From an uncultured Gammaproteobacteria bacterium (GTDB lineage Bacteria; Pseudomonadota; Gammaproteobacteria; DRLM01): 64,000 bases of DNA. The position numbers and the translations under genes are program-made. Numbering within the stretch: position 1 is the stretch's first letter; every line of letters starts with the position of its first letter. The stretch covers positions 64,001 to 128,000 of the forward strand of contig CAVSNY010000005.1 of the NCBI GenBank assembly GCA_963729605.1, in the 5' to 3' direction. Under the pieces are notes generated by a model. That model was given only the letters and a program-made list of their open reading frames with translations, was not told where the DNA came from and searched no databases. Shown here piece after piece: positions 45,671 to 57,458 of the stretch.

Positions 45671-46753
45671 TTATAAAATCGCCCGCGGATAGGAGCCCAG
45701 CACCTTCAACATCGCCGCCTTGCCGGCCAGCGCCTCCAAGGCCTTGGCGACCTTGGGGTCTGTACCATGGCCTTCGATGTCGGCGAAAAACACATACTCC
45801 CACATCCCGCGCCGGGAAGGGCGCGATTCAATACGGGTCATCGAAATGCCGTGGGCGGCGAGCGGGGCCAACAAATCGTACAAGGCGCCCGGCCGGTTGG
45901 GCGCCGAGATCAGCAATGAAGTTTTATCGCGGCCGGAAGGCGCCACCGTTTCGCGGCCGATCACCAGAAAGCGCGTGGTATTGTCGGGTTCGTCTTCGAT
46001 GTTACCGGCCAACACCCGCAGCTGATAAATATCCGCGGCCTCGCGGCTGGCGATGGCCGCCGCGTCCGTCTCGCCCGCGACGTGCCGCGCCGCTTCGGCG
46101 TTGCTGCTCATCGCGATCCGCTCGACGCCGGCCAGATGTTCGTCCAGCCACTCGCGGCACTGCGCCAAGGCCTGTTGATGGGCATAGACCCGCCGCACCG
46201 CTCCCAGCGCGTCGCCCTTGCTCAAGAGATTGTGATGGATGCGCAGCTGCACTTCGCCGACGATCTTGAGCGGCGAGTTGAGAAACATGTCGAGGGTGTG
46301 GGTGATGACGCCTTCCGTGGAATTTTCCACGGGCACCACGCCGTAGTGGCAGGCACCCGCCTCCACGTCGCGGAACACTTCGTCGATGGCGGCATGGGCC
46401 ACCGTCACCACCGAGTGACCGAAATGCTTTAACGCGGCCGCTTGAGTGAAGGTACCTTCCGGCCCCAGATAGGCGATGCGCATCGGTTGTTCGAGGGCGA
46501 GACAGGCCGACATGATCTCGCGGAACAACCGCGCCATTTCCTCGCCGCTGAGGGGACCCGGATTGCGCGCGATCACCTTGCGCAACACCTCGGCCTCGCG
46601 CTCGGGGCGGTAAAAATTCGCGGCGGGAACGCCGTTCTTGAGTTCCGCCACCTCTTGGGCGCACTGGGCGCGCGCATTGATTAAGGCCTGGATTTGCTCA
46701 TCAAGGCCGTCGATGCGATCGCGTATCGCTTTGAGTTTGTCTTCGCCCATCAT
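45671..46753 (-). CDS. pheA: Chorismate mutase/prephenate dehydratase
   Basis: R.RID.LD, YLGPEGTF, PVENSTEG, NTTRF, IESRPS. Confidence 0.96.
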   Translation of the reverse strand: MMGEDKLKAIRDRIDGLDEQIQALINARAQCAQEVAELKNGVPAANFYRPEREAEVLRKVIARNPGPLSGEEMARLFREIMSACLALEQPMRIAYLGPEGTFTQAAALKHFGHSVVTVAHAAIDEVFRDVEAGACHYGVVPVENSTEGVITHTLDMFLNSPLKIVGEVQLRIHHNLLSKGDALGAVRRVYAHQQALAQCREWLDEHLAGVERIAMSSNAEAARHVAGETDAAAIASREAADIYQLRVLAGNIEDEPDNTTRFLVIGRETVAPSGRDKTSLLISAPNRPGALYDLLAPLAAHGISMTRIESRPSRRGMWEYVFFADIEGHGTDPKVAKALEALAGKAAMLKVLGSYPRAIL

Positions 46754-46933
46754 CCGTCCGTCATGCGACGCGCATTCGCCGTCCGCTATTTTTACCTGTG
46801 CCAACCGTGAGCCGAACCAATCAAAGGGTATTCTTTAAAGATACCTCTATTACTCTTTACTCTTCCTCGGTCTTAGCTCTCCCGCCAAGCGAGTTAAGGT
46901 AATGCCCAGCCTAATTTCAATACTGCATCACGC

Positions 46934-48097
46934 TTACATAACCCGCACCGAGAGCACCCCCGCGATACCCTTGATGCGCTGCAATACAGCCTCGGTCACC
47001 GGACGGTCGACGTCGGTCAAGGTGTAGGCGACCTCGCCCTTGGATTTATTGAGCATGTCGATGATGTTCAGCCCGGCCTCGGCCATGGCGGTGGAGATCT
47101 GCCCCACCATATTCGGCACATTGGCGTTGGCGATGGCGATGCGATGGCCCTCGCTGCGCGGCATCACCACCTCGGGAAAGTTCACCGAGTTGGTGATATT
47201 GCCGTTCTCGAGAAATTCGCGCACCTGATCCGCCACCATCATCGCGCAATTGTCCTCGGCCTCGTTGGTGGAGGCGCCCAGGTGCGGCAGGGCGATCACC
47301 CGCGGGTGATTCTTCAAGCGTTGCGTCGGAAAGTCGCAGACGTACGCATGGACCTTGCCGCTGTCGAGACCCTCGGCAACCGCCTGTTCGTCGACGATGC
47401 CTTCGCGCGCGAAATTGAGCAGAGTCACGCCCTTCTTCATGAAGGCGAGACGCTCGCGGTTGATCATGTGGCGGGTCGCGTCCACCAGCGGCACGTGGAA
47501 GGTCACCATGTCCGCTTGCGCGAGCAGATCATCGAAGCTGCGCGCCTGCTGCACGTCCGCCGACAAACGCCAGGCGCTTTGTACGGTGATCTGCGGATCG
47601 TAGCCCAGCACCTTCATGCCGAGTCTCTGCGCGGTATTGGCCACCATCACGCCGATGGCGCCGAGACCCACCACGCCCAAGGTGCGGCCGGGCAGCTCGA
47701 AACCCGCGTAATCCTTCTTGCCCGCTTCGACTTGTTTGCCGAGCGCGGCGTCGTCGCCCTCCAATTTGCGGGCGTAGTCCCAGGCCTGGCAGATGTTGCG
47801 CGCGGCGAGCAGCATGCCCGCCACCACCAGTTCCTTCACCGCGTTGGCGTTGGCGCCGGGTGCGTTGAATACCGGGATACCCTTCGTGCTCATCTCGTCC
47901 ACGGGAATATTGTTGACGCCCGCGCCGGCGCGCCCCACCGCCTTCACGCTGGGGGGAAGTTCCATGCCGTGCATCTTGAACGAGCGCAGCAGGATCGCGT
48001 CCGGGTTCTTGATCTCCGAGGCGATTTCGTAACGGTCGCGCGGCAGGCGTTCCAGCCCGGCCACCGAGATGTTGTTCAGCGTGAGTATCTTGAACAT
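46934..48097 (-). CDS. serA: D-3-phosphoglycerate dehydrogenase with ACT domain
   Basis: RAGAGVNNI, GLGAIG, PHLGAST; next to serC. Confidence 0.92.
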   Translation of the reverse strand: MFKILTLNNISVAGLERLPRDRYEIASEIKNPDAILLRSFKMHGMELPPSVKAVGRAGAGVNNIPVDEMSTKGIPVFNAPGANANAVKELVVAGMLLAARNICQAWDYARKLEGDDAALGKQVEAGKKDYAGFELPGRTLGVVGLGAIGVMVANTAQRLGMKVLGYDPQITVQSAWRLSADVQQARSFDDLLAQADMVTFHVPLVDATRHMINRERLAFMKKGVTLLNFAREGIVDEQAVAEGLDSGKVHAYVCDFPTQRLKNHPRVIALPHLGASTNEAEDNCAMMVADQVREFLENGNITNSVNFPEVVMPRSEGHRIAIANANVPNMVGQISTAMAEAGLNIIDMLNKSKGEVAYTLTDVDRPVTEAVLQRIKGIAGVLSVRVM

Positions 48098-48121
48098 GCA
48101 ACTCCTTTCAAAAACCTTTCA

Positions 48122-48199
48122 ACGCAAAGACGCGAAGGCGCAAAGCAAAATCCCAAGAATTTTAAAACAACAAACTTTTGCGTCTTCGCGCCTTCGCGT
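48122..48199. repeat. Imperfect inverted repeat built from short CGCRAAG units
   Basis: ACGCAAAGACGCGAAGGCGCAAAG ... CTTTTGCGTCTTCGCGCCTTCGCGT. Confidence 0.75.
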
Positions 48200-48211
48200 C
48201 GGGTGTTTTCC

Positions 48212-49294
48212 TCAACCGTTGCGCCGCGCGAAATCCTTCATGAAATCGACCAGCGTATCGACGCCCGCCTCCGGCATGGCGTTGTAGAGGCTCGCGCGCA
48301 TACCGCCCACCGAGCGATGGCCTTCCAAGGTCTTGAGTCCAGCCTGGCCGGCCTCGGCGAGGAAGGTCTTTTCCAGTTTCTCATCGGCGATGGTGAACGG
48401 GACATTCATCCAGGAACGGGCGCTCTTCTCCACCGGATTTTTATAAAAGCCCGAGGTGTCGATGGCGTTGTACAGTTTCTCCGCCTTACGTTGATTGATG
48501 GCGGCCATGGCCTGGAGGCCGCCTTTATTCTTCAAACGCTGGAATACCAGGCCGGCCAGATACCAGCCGTAGGTAGGCGGCGTGTTGTACATGGAACCAT
48601 TGTCGGCGTGAATTTTATAATCGAACATCGCGGGAGTGCCGGCCTGGGCGCCACCCAGCAAATCGTCGCGCACGATCACCACCGTCAGCCCGGCGGGACC
48701 GATGTTCTTCTGCGCGCCGGCGTAGATGACGGCGAATTTGCTCACGTCGATGGGTCGCGACAGGATGGTCGACGACATGTCGGCCACCAGCGGCACAGCG
48801 CCGGTGTCGGGTACCCAATGGAATTCCACGCCGCCGATGGTCTCGTTGGGCGTGTAATGCACGTAGGCGGCGTCGCCGTCGAGTTTCCACTCGCCGCGCG
48901 CCGGTATCGAAGTGAATTTACTCGCCTCGCTGCTGGCCGCGACGTTCACCGCGCAAAAACGCTTGGCCTCGTCGATGGCCTTCTTCGACCACATGCCGGT
49001 GTTGATGTAATCCGCGGACTTTTTACCGCGCAGCAGATTGAGCGGCACCATGGAAAACTGGCTGCTGGCGCCACCCTGCAAAAACAGCACTTTGTAATTG
49101 GCGGGAATGGCCAACAACTCGCGCAGATCGGCCTCGGCGCGTTCGGCGATGCTCATGAATTCCTTGCCGCGATGGCTCATCTCCATCACCGACATGCCGG
49201 AACCGTTCCAGTCCAGCATCTCGTCCCGCGCCTGCTGCAATACGTCTTCCGGCAACACCGCCGGACCCGCACTGAAGTTATATATCCGCGACAT
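48212..49294 (-). CDS. serC: Phosphoserine aminotransferase
   Basis: [32 protein letters not shown]. Confidence 0.97.
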   Translation of the reverse strand: MSRIYNFSAGPAVLPEDVLQQARDEMLDWNGSGMSVMEMSHRGKEFMSIAERAEADLRELLAIPANYKVLFLQGGASSQFSMVPLNLLRGKKSADYINTGMWSKKAIDEAKRFCAVNVAASSEASKFTSIPARGEWKLDGDAAYVHYTPNETIGGVEFHWVPDTGAVPLVADMSSTILSRPIDVSKFAVIYAGAQKNIGPAGLTVVIVRDDLLGGAQAGTPAMFDYKIHADNGSMYNTPPTYGWYLAGLVFQRLKNKGGLQAMAAINQRKAEKLYNAIDTSGFYKNPVEKSARSWMNVPFTIADEKLEKTFLAEAGQAGLKTLEGHRSVGGMRASLYNAMPEAGVDTLVDFMKDFARRNG

Positions 49295-49472
49295 GAATCG
49301 ACCTCTTGTTAATTACAAAACCCTCAACTCAAAGACGCGGAGAAAATGCACGAAAGTCTGAATGTCCCTTAGCCACCGATTAGCCAACGCGTCATCAATG
49401 ATCGGCCTGTCTACCCGCGTTTCGATAATCCCTCTTTACTTCGCGTTCCTTCGCGTGTTCGCGCCTTTGTGT

Positions 49473-52055
49473 TTATTCATTCTCTTCCGGTGCGGCCGGC
49501 GGCTCGTCGCCGCCCTCTTCGCCGTTCAATTCCGGCTCGATGATGCGCTCTATCCCCACCAGTTTTTCCTCCTCGCCGGTGGCGATGAGTTTAACACCCT
49601 GGGTGTTGCGGCCCAACACGGAGATGCCGCTGGTCGCGGTGCGGATCAAGGTGCCGGCGTTGGTGATCAGCATCACTTCATCCTCCGCCGTCACCGGGAT
49701 GGCGCCCACCACCGCGCCGTTGCGCTCGCTGGTCTGGATCGAGATCACGCCCTGGCCGCCGCGACCGTGCAGCGGATATTCATTCAATTCGGTGCGTTTG
49801 CCGTAGCCGTTTTCGGTGGCGGTCAATATGGTGTGACCTTCCTCCGCGATGATCAGGGCGATGACCTTATGGCCTTTGCCCAGGGTAATGCCGCGCACGC
49901 CGCGGGCGGTACGGCCCATCGGCCGCACATGCGACTCGTTGAAGCGCACGCATTTCCCGGAACTGCTGAACAGCAGCACGTCGCGGCTGCCGTCGGTGAT
50001 CGCGACGCCGACCAGATGATCGTCCTCGCGCAGTTCGACGGCGATGATGCCGCTGGTGCGCGGCCGCGAAAAATCGGTGAGCGGGGTCTTCTTCACCGTG
50101 CCGCTGGCGGTGGCCATGAAAATGAATTTGTCCGCCGCGTATTCGCGGATCGGCAAGATCGCGGTGATGCGTTCGCCCTCTTCCAGCGGCAGCAAGTTGA
50201 CGATGGGTTTGCCGCGCGAATTGCGGCTGGCCTGCGGCAATTCATAGACCTTTTTCCAATACACCTTGCCGCGATTGGAGAAACACAGAATCGTGTCGTG
50301 GGTGCTGGCGATCAGCAGCTTGTCGATGAAGTCCTCTTCTTTCACCGCCGCCGCCGATTTGCCGCGACCGCCGCGTTTTTGGGTGCGGTACTCGGTCAAA
50401 GGCTGGGCCTTGGCGTAGCCGGCGTGCGACAGCGTCACCACCACGTCCTCTTCCGTAATGAGGTCTTCGAGGCTGAGATCCTGGTGGGTGATCATGATCT
50501 CGGTGCGGCGCGCGTCGCCGTATTGCGCCTTGATCGCCAGCAACTCCTCGCGGATCACTTGCAGCAGGCGGTCGGGATTGCCGAGGATTTCCAGCAGCTC
50601 GCCGATATTGACCAGGATTTCCTTGTACTCGTTGACGATCTTTTCCTGCTCGAGACCGGTGAGGGTGTGCAGGCGCAAATCGAGAATGGCCTTGGCCTGC
50701 GCATCGGATAAACGATAACCGTCATCGACGAGGCCCAACTCCGGCGCGAGATTATCGGGCCGCGAAGCCGACGCGCCGGCGCGCGACAGCATTTCAACGA
50801 CCAGACCCGCGGCCCAGGCCCGCGCCATCAAACCTTCCTTGGCCACCGCCGGATTGGGCGCGGCCTTGATCAGGGCGATGATGGGATCGATGTTGGCCAG
50901 CGCCACCGCCAGGCCTTCCAAGATGTGGGCGCGTTCGCGCGCCTTGCGCAACTCGAATACCGTGCGCCGCGTCACCACCTCGCGGCGATGGCGGATGAAG
51001 GCTTCCAGAATTTGCTTGAGATTGAGCAAGCGCGGCTGGCCGTCCATCACCACGACCATATTGATGCCGAACACGCTTTGCATCGAGGTGTGCTGGTAGA
51101 GATTGTTCAGCACCACTTCGGGCATTTCGCCGCGGCGCAGCTCGATGAACATGCGCATGCCGTCCTTGTCGGACTCGTCGCGCAGCTCGGTGATGCCTTC
51201 GATGCGTTTCTCTTTGACCAGATCGGCGATTTTTTCCAGCAGGGTGGCCTTGTTCACCTGATACGGCAACTCGGTGACGATGATGGATTGCCGGCCTTTG
51301 CCGTCTTCCTCGATGTGGGTGCGGGCCCGCACGTAGATGCGGCCACGGCCGGTGTGATAGGCCTCATGGATGCCGCGCGCGCCGTTGATGATGGCGGCGG
51401 TCGGGAAATCCGGACCGGGTATCAGCTTCATCAATCCCAAAATATCGATGGCCGGATCGTCGATCACCGCGAGGCAGCCGTCGATCACCTCGTTCAAATT
51501 GTGGGGCGGCACGTTGGTGGCGAGCCCGACCGCGATGCCGGCCGCGCCGTTGATCAGCAGATTGGGGATCTTGGCGGGAAAGACGGTGGGTTCGCGCTCC
51601 GACTCGTCGTAGTTCGGCGCGAAGTCGACGGTCTCCTTGTCGAGGTCGGCCAGCAGCTCGTGGGCGATGCGCGCCATGCGCACCTCGGTGTAACGCATCG
51701 CCGCCGGGGCGTCGCCGTCCACCGAACCGAAATTGCCCTGGCCGTCGACCAGCATGTAGCGCAGCGAAAAGGGCTGGGCCATGCGGACGATGGTGTCGTA
51801 GACCGCGGTGTCGCCGTGGGGGTGGTATTTACCGATGACGTCGCCGACCACGCGCGCCGACTTTTTGTAAGGCTTGTTCCAGTCGTTGCTCAATTCGCTC
51901 ATGGCGAATAGCACGCGCCGGTGCACCGGCTTGAGCCCGTCGCGGACGTCGGGCAGGGCCCGGCCCACGATCACGCTCATGGCGTACTCCATATAGGAGG
52001 TCCGCATCTCGTCTTCGATATTGACGGACAGGACTTCTTTGGCGAATTCGGTCAT
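49473..52055 (-). CDS. gyrA: DNA gyrase subunit A
   Basis: [23 protein letters not shown], GyrA box QKRGGRG. Confidence 0.98.
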   Translation of the reverse strand: MTEFAKEVLSVNIEDEMRTSYMEYAMSVIVGRALPDVRDGLKPVHRRVLFAMSELSNDWNKPYKKSARVVGDVIGKYHPHGDTAVYDTIVRMAQPFSLRYMLVDGQGNFGSVDGDAPAAMRYTEVRMARIAHELLADLDKETVDFAPNYDESEREPTVFPAKIPNLLINGAAGIAVGLATNVPPHNLNEVIDGCLAVIDDPAIDILGLMKLIPGPDFPTAAIINGARGIHEAYHTGRGRIYVRARTHIEEDGKGRQSIIVTELPYQVNKATLLEKIADLVKEKRIEGITELRDESDKDGMRMFIELRRGEMPEVVLNNLYQHTSMQSVFGINMVVVMDGQPRLLNLKQILEAFIRHRREVVTRRTVFELRKARERAHILEGLAVALANIDPIIALIKAAPNPAVAKEGLMARAWAAGLVVEMLSRAGASASRPDNLAPELGLVDDGYRLSDAQAKAILDLRLHTLTGLEQEKIVNEYKEILVNIGELLEILGNPDRLLQVIREELLAIKAQYGDARRTEIMITHQDLSLEDLITEEDVVVTLSHAGYAKAQPLTEYRTQKRGGRGKSAAAVKEEDFIDKLLIASTHDTILCFSNRGKVYWKKVYELPQASRNSRGKPIVNLLPLEEGERITAILPIREYAADKFIFMATASGTVKKTPLTDFSRPRTSGIIAVELREDDHLVGVAITDGSRDVLLFSSSGKCVRFNESHVRPMGRTARGVRGITLGKGHKVIALIIAEEGHTILTATENGYGKRTELNEYPLHGRGGQGVISIQTSERNGAVVGAIPVTAEDEVMLITNAGTLIRTATSGISVLGRNTQGVKLIATGEEEKLVGIERIIEPELNGEEGGDEPPAAPEENE

Positions 52056-52205
52056 GACTGCGCAATTCCTTTCCAGAGACTAGGCCACCGCCGGCGCCCC
52101 AGCCGCAAGTAGCTTCTTGTCCAAACGGGAAATTCTAACACAGGCGGCGGCTGCATCGCAGCTCGGGCGCACGAGGCGGGCGGACGGAATCCGAGGACCG
52201 GCGAC

Positions 52206-53321
52206 TCAAGGACGGCCGCGCATCATCGCCGCCATCTTCTCCGCATTCGGCGCGGTCACCACACCCTTTTCGGTGACGATGACGTCCACCAACCCGGCCG
52301 GCGTGACGTCGAAGGACGGGTTCCAGGCCAGCGCCCCTTCCGCCGCCACCCGCTGGCCGCCCAGGCTCAACACCTCGTCCGGCGAGCGGTTCTCGATGTG
52401 GATCTCCGCGCCGCTCTTGATCTTCATGTCCACCGTCGAGGTGGGCGCCACCACCATGAATTTCACGCCGTGATACCGCGCCGCGACCGCCAGGTTGTAA
52501 GTGCCGATCTTATTGGCGACGTCGCCGTTGGCGGCGATGCGGTCCGAACCGACGATGGCCCAGGTCACGCCGCCCTGCTTCATCAAATGCGCGGCCGCGC
52601 CGTCGGCGATCAGGGTGACCGGGATCTCGTCCTGCACCAGCTCCCAAGCGGTGAGCCGCGCGCCCTGCAGCCAGGGGCGGGTTTCGTCGGCGTAAACGCG
52701 TTCGATCTTGCCCGCGGCGTAAGCCGAACGAATCACCCCGAGGGCCGTGCCGTAACCGCCGGTGGCCAGCGAACCGGTATTGCAATGGGTCAACACCAGG
52801 CCACGGCTTTGAATACAGGCCGCGCCCAATTCGCCCATGCGGCGGTTGGCGGCGATGTCTTCCTCGTGAATCCGGCGGGCCTCGGCCAGCAGGGCCGGCA
52901 CGGGGTCGCCGCTTGCGGCGGGGCTGTTTCCGCTGGAAAGACCCTCTCCCGCTTGCGGGAGAGGGTGAATAGCGTGGATTGAATTGATCTTGGCGCGCAT
53001 CCGTTCCAGCGCCCAGAACAGATTGACCGCCGTGGGCCGGGAGTCGGCGAGACGTTGCAGATCCTGTTCGATATCCTGCCGCCAGGTCGCCGCCGAACGG
53101 GCATACCGCGCGCGCGCCGCCAGCACCACCCCGTAGGCCGCCGTCACCCCGATGGCAGGCGCGCCGCGCACCACCATATCGCGTATGGCCGCCGCCACCC
53201 CGGCGGCGTCTTCCAGCAATACTTGCTCGTGACGCAACGGCAAGACCCGCTGGTCGAGCAATTTCAAACCCTGTTCCGTCCATTCCACCGCCCGGATGGA
53301 ATCGTGGCGCGTCTCTGTCAT
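52206..53321 (-). CDS. mtnA: Methylthioribose-1-phosphate isomerase (with a palindrome-derived insertion)
   Basis: [41 protein letters not shown]. Confidence 0.95.
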   Translation of the reverse strand: MTETRHDSIRAVEWTEQGLKLLDQRVLPLRHEQVLLEDAAGVAAAIRDMVVRGAPAIGVTAAYGVVLAARARYARSAATWRQDIEQDLQRLADSRPTAVNLFWALERMRAKINSIHAIHPLPQAGEGLSSGNSPAASGDPVPALLAEARRIHEEDIAANRRMGELGAACIQSRGLVLTHCNTGSLATGGYGTALGVIRSAYAAGKIERVYADETRPWLQGARLTAWELVQDEIPVTLIADGAAAHLMKQGGVTWAIVGSDRIAANGDVANKIGTYNLAVAARYHGVKFMVVAPTSTVDMKIKSGAEIHIENRSPDEVLSLGGQRVAAEGALAWNPSFDVTPAGLVDVIVTEKGVVTAPNAEKMAAMMRGRP

Positions 53322-53562
53322 GGCCAACCTCTCGCTGATGAAGGGCGCATGATAACGGTCCGGCGCCGGGGCGGCAAAGGGCGGTTCAAGCCCCGCGCCG
53401 CGGGCCGATACATTCAACACCCGCCGGTAACTCGACCGCTACCGGCAAGGTTTTGAATAAAACACGGCGTGATCGTTCCACCCTGTCTGGCACCGACCGG
53501 CACGACAACGGGACGTCAGCGCCATGTCATGGATAATCAGTGAAACCGAGGACAGCCTGGAA

Positions 53563-54168
53563 ATGCGCACCATCGCCGCCTTATTGCTCAGCCTGCTTAC
53601 CGTCCTCTGGCAAGCCGCGGCCGCCGGGCCCATCAGCCTGGCCGATCATGCCGCGAATATCCTGGCCGCCAATGCCGCCAATGCCGCCGATGCCGCCGCG
53701 GCGCCCGCCGCCGGCGACGACCGAACGGGATCGGCCGGTCATGACGCCGTCCCCGCCGCGGCGCCGGAAGCCGTTATGACTCCGCCGCCCACACCGGAAA
53801 TGCAGTTCGTCTCCCTCGGCCGCATCACCTTCATATTCGATAAATGGACGCTCACCGACCAGAGCAAACGCACCCTCGACACGGCCGCGCGTTATCTCGC
53901 CGACCACCCGGGCGCCAGCCGCCTGTTGATCCGCGGCCACACCGACCGAGTCGGGCGCCAATCTTATAACGACGGTTTGTCCGACCGGCGCGCCGCCGCC
54001 GTGCTCGATTATCTAGTCAAGCAGGGCGTGCCCCTCGAACAGGTGCGTTGGGAAGGTCACGGCGAACATGCGCCGATCGACGAAAATTGGACGCGGCTCG
54101 GCCGGGCACGTAACCGGCAGGTAGAAATGTTCGCCATTTTCCCGACCGCCGCCGTGTCCGCGCGCTAA
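53563..54168 (+). CDS. Exported OmpA-family peptidoglycan-binding protein
   Basis: Signal peptide, Ala/Pro linker, GHTD..G...YN..LS.RRA, RNRQVE. Confidence 0.85.
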   Translation: MRTIAALLLSLLTVLWQAAAAGPISLADHAANILAANAANAADAAAAPAAGDDRTGSAGHDAVPAAAPEAVMTPPPTPEMQFVSLGRITFIFDKWTLTDQSKRTLDTAARYLADHPGASRLLIRGHTDRVGRQSYNDGLSDRRAAAVLDYLVKQGVPLEQVRWEGHGEHAPIDENWTRLGRARNRQVEMFAIFPTAAVSAR

Positions 54169-54338
54169 ATCATCCTCGCCGTCACCAGACCCGCTTGCGT
54201 AAAAGGATGCCCTCACCAAGACGCCGTTGACTCTGCGTCCACTTCGCACCCGCATCCCCCACTTTGAATCACCGCGCCGGACTGGCGCGCGTTATGGCTT
54301 GCGGTATACTCGCGCGAAGCCCTCACCGCATCGGACTT

Positions 54339-55659
54339 ATGGACCAGGTCGACACGCTGATACACGCCCGCTGGATCATTCCGGTGGAACCCGACGACAC
54401 CGTTCACGAACACCATAGCCTCGCCATCAAAAACGGCCGCATCCATGCGATCGTCCCCGGCGCCGAGGCGCGGCGGCGTTATCACGCCGACGTCGAACTT
54501 GATCTGGCCGAACACGCGTTGATCCCCGGCCTCATCAACACCCACACCCACGCGGCGATGAGTCTGTTCCGCGGCCTTGCCGACGATCTGCCGTTGATGG
54601 AGTGGCTGACTAATCACATCTGGCCGGCCGAAGGCGCCTGGGTCAGCCCCGAATTCGTTTACGACGGCACGCGGCTGGCGATGGCCGAGATGTTGCGCGG
54701 CGGCACCACCTGCTTCAACGACATGTATTTCTTCCCCGACGAGACCGCGCGCGCCGCCGATACCGCTCAGATGCGCGCGGCGGTCGGCATGATCCTCATC
54801 GACTTCCCCACCGCCTGGGCGGCGAACGCGCAGGAATACATCGACAAGGGCCTCGCGCTGCACGATCGACTACAAGAATCATCCGCTGATTCGCACGCTG
54901 TTCGCGCCACACGCGCCTTACACCGTGTCCGACGGACCGCTGGAGCACATGCGGACCCTGGCGGATCAGTTGAACGTACCCATCCACATGCACGTGCACG
55001 AGACCGCCTTCGAGGTGCAGGAAGCGGTGAACAAACTCGGCGAACGGCCGCTCGCGCGTCTGGAAAAACTCGGCCTGCTCACCCCGCAATTGCTGGCGGT
55101 GCACATGACCCAGCTCAGCGACGACGAGATCGCGGCCTGCGCCCGCGCCGGTGTCAGCGTCATCCACTGCCCCGAATCCAATCTCAAACTCGCGAGCGGT
55201 TTTTGCCCGGTGCATAAACTCGTGAGCGCCGGCGTCAACGTCGCGCTCGGCACCGACGGCGCCGCCAGCAACAACGACCTCGACATGTTCAGCGAGATGC
55301 GCACCGCCGCCCTGCTCGCCAAGGCGGTGGCCGGCGACGCCAGCGCCCTGCCCGCCGCCGCCGCGCTGCGCATGGCGACGCTCAACGGGGCCAAGGCGCT
55401 GTGCATCGACGACGAGGCCGGTTCGCTCTGGCCCGGCAAGTCGGCGGACATCACCGCGGTGCGCCTCGGCGACATCGAGACCCAGCCGCTGTATCATCCG
55501 GTCTCGCAACTGGTCTACGCCACCGGCCGCGACAAGGTCAGCGACGTGTGGGTGGCCGGGCGCCATCTGCTCAAGGACCGCGCGCTCACCACCCTCGACG
55601 AAACCGAGTTGAAGGCCAAGGCGGCGGCGTGGCAGCAAAAGATTCGCAAATACGATTAA
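54339..55659 (+). CDS. mtaD: TRZ/ATZ-family amidohydrolase (MTA/SAH deaminase; apparent +1 frameshift at ~54867)
   Basis: [13 protein letters not shown], then in another frame PHAPYT, H.HET, HCPESN.KL.SG, GTDG. Confidence 0.88.
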
Positions 55660-55669
55660 CGGGTAATCC

Positions 55670-56399
55670 ATGAACCGAGCAACTCAACATCGATCCCGCC
55701 GAGGTGGCGAAATTCAATCAGTCCGCCATGCGCTGGTGGGACCCCAACAGCGAATACAAACCGCTGCACGACATCAATCCGCTGCGCCTCGACTACATCG
55801 ACCAGCGGGTCGGCCTCGCCGGCAAACAGGTGGTGGACGTCGGCTGCGGCGGCGGCATCCTCGCCGAAAGCATGGCGGCGCGCGGCGCCGAGGTCACCGG
55901 CATCGACATGGCGGACAGCGCGCTGTCGGTGGCCAGGCTGCACGCGCTGGAGTCGCGGGTGAAGGTCGATTACCGGCGGATCACCGCCGAAGAATTCGCC
56001 GCGCAAAATCCCGCCGCCTTCGACGTGGTGACCTGCATGGAACTGCTGGAGCACGTGCCTGATCCGGCCTCGCTGATCGCCGCCTGCGCGGCCTTGGCCA
56101 AACCCGGCGGACAGGTGTTTTTCTCCACCCTCAATCGCAACCCAAAGGCCTACGTGTTCGCGGTATTGGGCGCGGAATATTTATTGAAATTCCTGCCGAG
56201 GGGCACCCACGACTACGCCAAATTCATCCGCCCCGCCGAGCTGGCGCGCTGGACCCGCCGCGCCGGCCTGCACCTCGACCACCTCGCCGGTCTGAGTTAC
56301 AACCCGCTCACCAAACACTATCAGCTCAACGACGACGTCTCGGTCAATTACCTGGCCCACACCGTCAAAGAAAACGGCGGCGGACCGTTGCGGCCATGA
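55670..56399 (+). CDS. ubiG: Ubiquinone biosynthesis O-methyltransferase (apparent extra A at ~55673)
   Basis: [29 protein letters not shown]; [15 protein letters not shown] is restored by removing one base. Confidence 0.94.
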
Positions 56400-56491
56400 C
56401 GAAGCCGCGTGGCGCCGACTGAGCTGGCGATAGGCTTCGTGCGCGTGTCCCGGCCCCCGGCTCATCGAGGCAGGGGCGTGACTAAATTTAA

Positions 56492-56640
56492 GGAACCTCT
56501 GATTTATTAGAGGTTCCGTGCGGTGCAGGGATGCGCCGCCCTTTCTCGAACACGCAAGTGTTCGAGAATGAAGAAAAATAAAAATCACATTTTTGGTTTT
56601 CGTCCCTGAAAAATCCAGGGATGGATTTTTCAGGGCTTCC
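56492..56640. mobile_element. 149-bp MITE-like element flanked by TTAA
   Basis: TTAA|GGAACCTCTGA ... TCAGGGCTTCC|TTAA; five internal hairpins. Confidence 0.8.
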
Positions 56641-56661
56641 TTAAATAAAACGGTTCTCCTC

Positions 56662-57354
56662 ATGACCTCGCCCTCTCACCTCCCGGGTTTACGCACCGTG
56701 CTGTTCGATCTCGACGGCACCCTGGCCGACACCGCGCCCGACCTCGCCTACGCCCTCAACGCCCTGTTGACCGAACAGGGCCGCGCGCCGCTGCCGTATG
56801 CCGCGATCCGGCCGGTGGTGTCTCACGGCGCCACCGCGCTGGTGCGGCTGGGCTTCGCGGTGGCGCCGGAGAGCGCCGAATTCAGCGCCCTCCGCCAGCG
56901 GCTATTGGATTTATATCAATACAACGTCGCCCGCGAGACCCGGCTGTTCGACGGCATGCCGGCCGTGCTCCGGCACATTGAAGGCGCGGGCCTCAACTGG
57001 GGGGTGGTCACCAACAAACCCGCCTTCCTCACCGAACCGCTGATGCGGGCACTGGATCTCGCCACCCGCGCGATCTGCATCGTCAGCGGCGACACCACCG
57101 CCCGCCGCAAACCCCACCCCGACCCGCTGCTGCACGCCTGCCGGCTGGCCGGCAGCGCCGCGGCGCAATGCCTGTACATCGGCGACGCCGAGCGGGACAT
57201 CCAGGCCGGCCGCGACGCCGGCATGCCCACCCTGGTGGCCGCCTTCGGCTACCTCGGCGCCGACGACCGGCCCGAAACCTGGGGCGCCGACGGCCTGGTC
57301 CACCAGCCGGCCGACATCATCCGCTGGCTGGACACCCGCGCCGCCGCGCCCTGA
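56662..57354 (+). CDS. HAD hydrolase (phosphoglycolate phosphatase / MupP-like)
   Basis: FDLDGTL.D, VTNK, KPHP, IGD..RD; conserved position after ubiG. Confidence 0.88.
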   Translation: MTSPSHLPGLRTVLFDLDGTLADTAPDLAYALNALLTEQGRAPLPYAAIRPVVSHGATALVRLGFAVAPESAEFSALRQRLLDLYQYNVARETRLFDGMPAVLRHIEGAGLNWGVVTNKPAFLTEPLMRALDLATRAICIVSGDTTARRKPHPDPLLHACRLAGSAAAQCLYIGDAERDIQAGRDAGMPTLVAAFGYLGADDRPETWGADGLVHQPADIIRWLDTRAAAP

Positions 57355-57458
57355 CTCAATCTCCCCGCCCCGGCGGCCGACACAGTGCAGGCCCCCCGCG
57401 GCGCGGAAGCGGATACACTACTGCCCCAGCCAGACTTACCGGAGAAGTACCTTTCATC

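Noticed and set aside
47144-49312. Long antisense ORFs (722 aa here; similar ones opposite manC, rpsA, aroA, gyrA)
   Set aside because: Shadow ORFs of GC-rich genes with no recognisable motifs.
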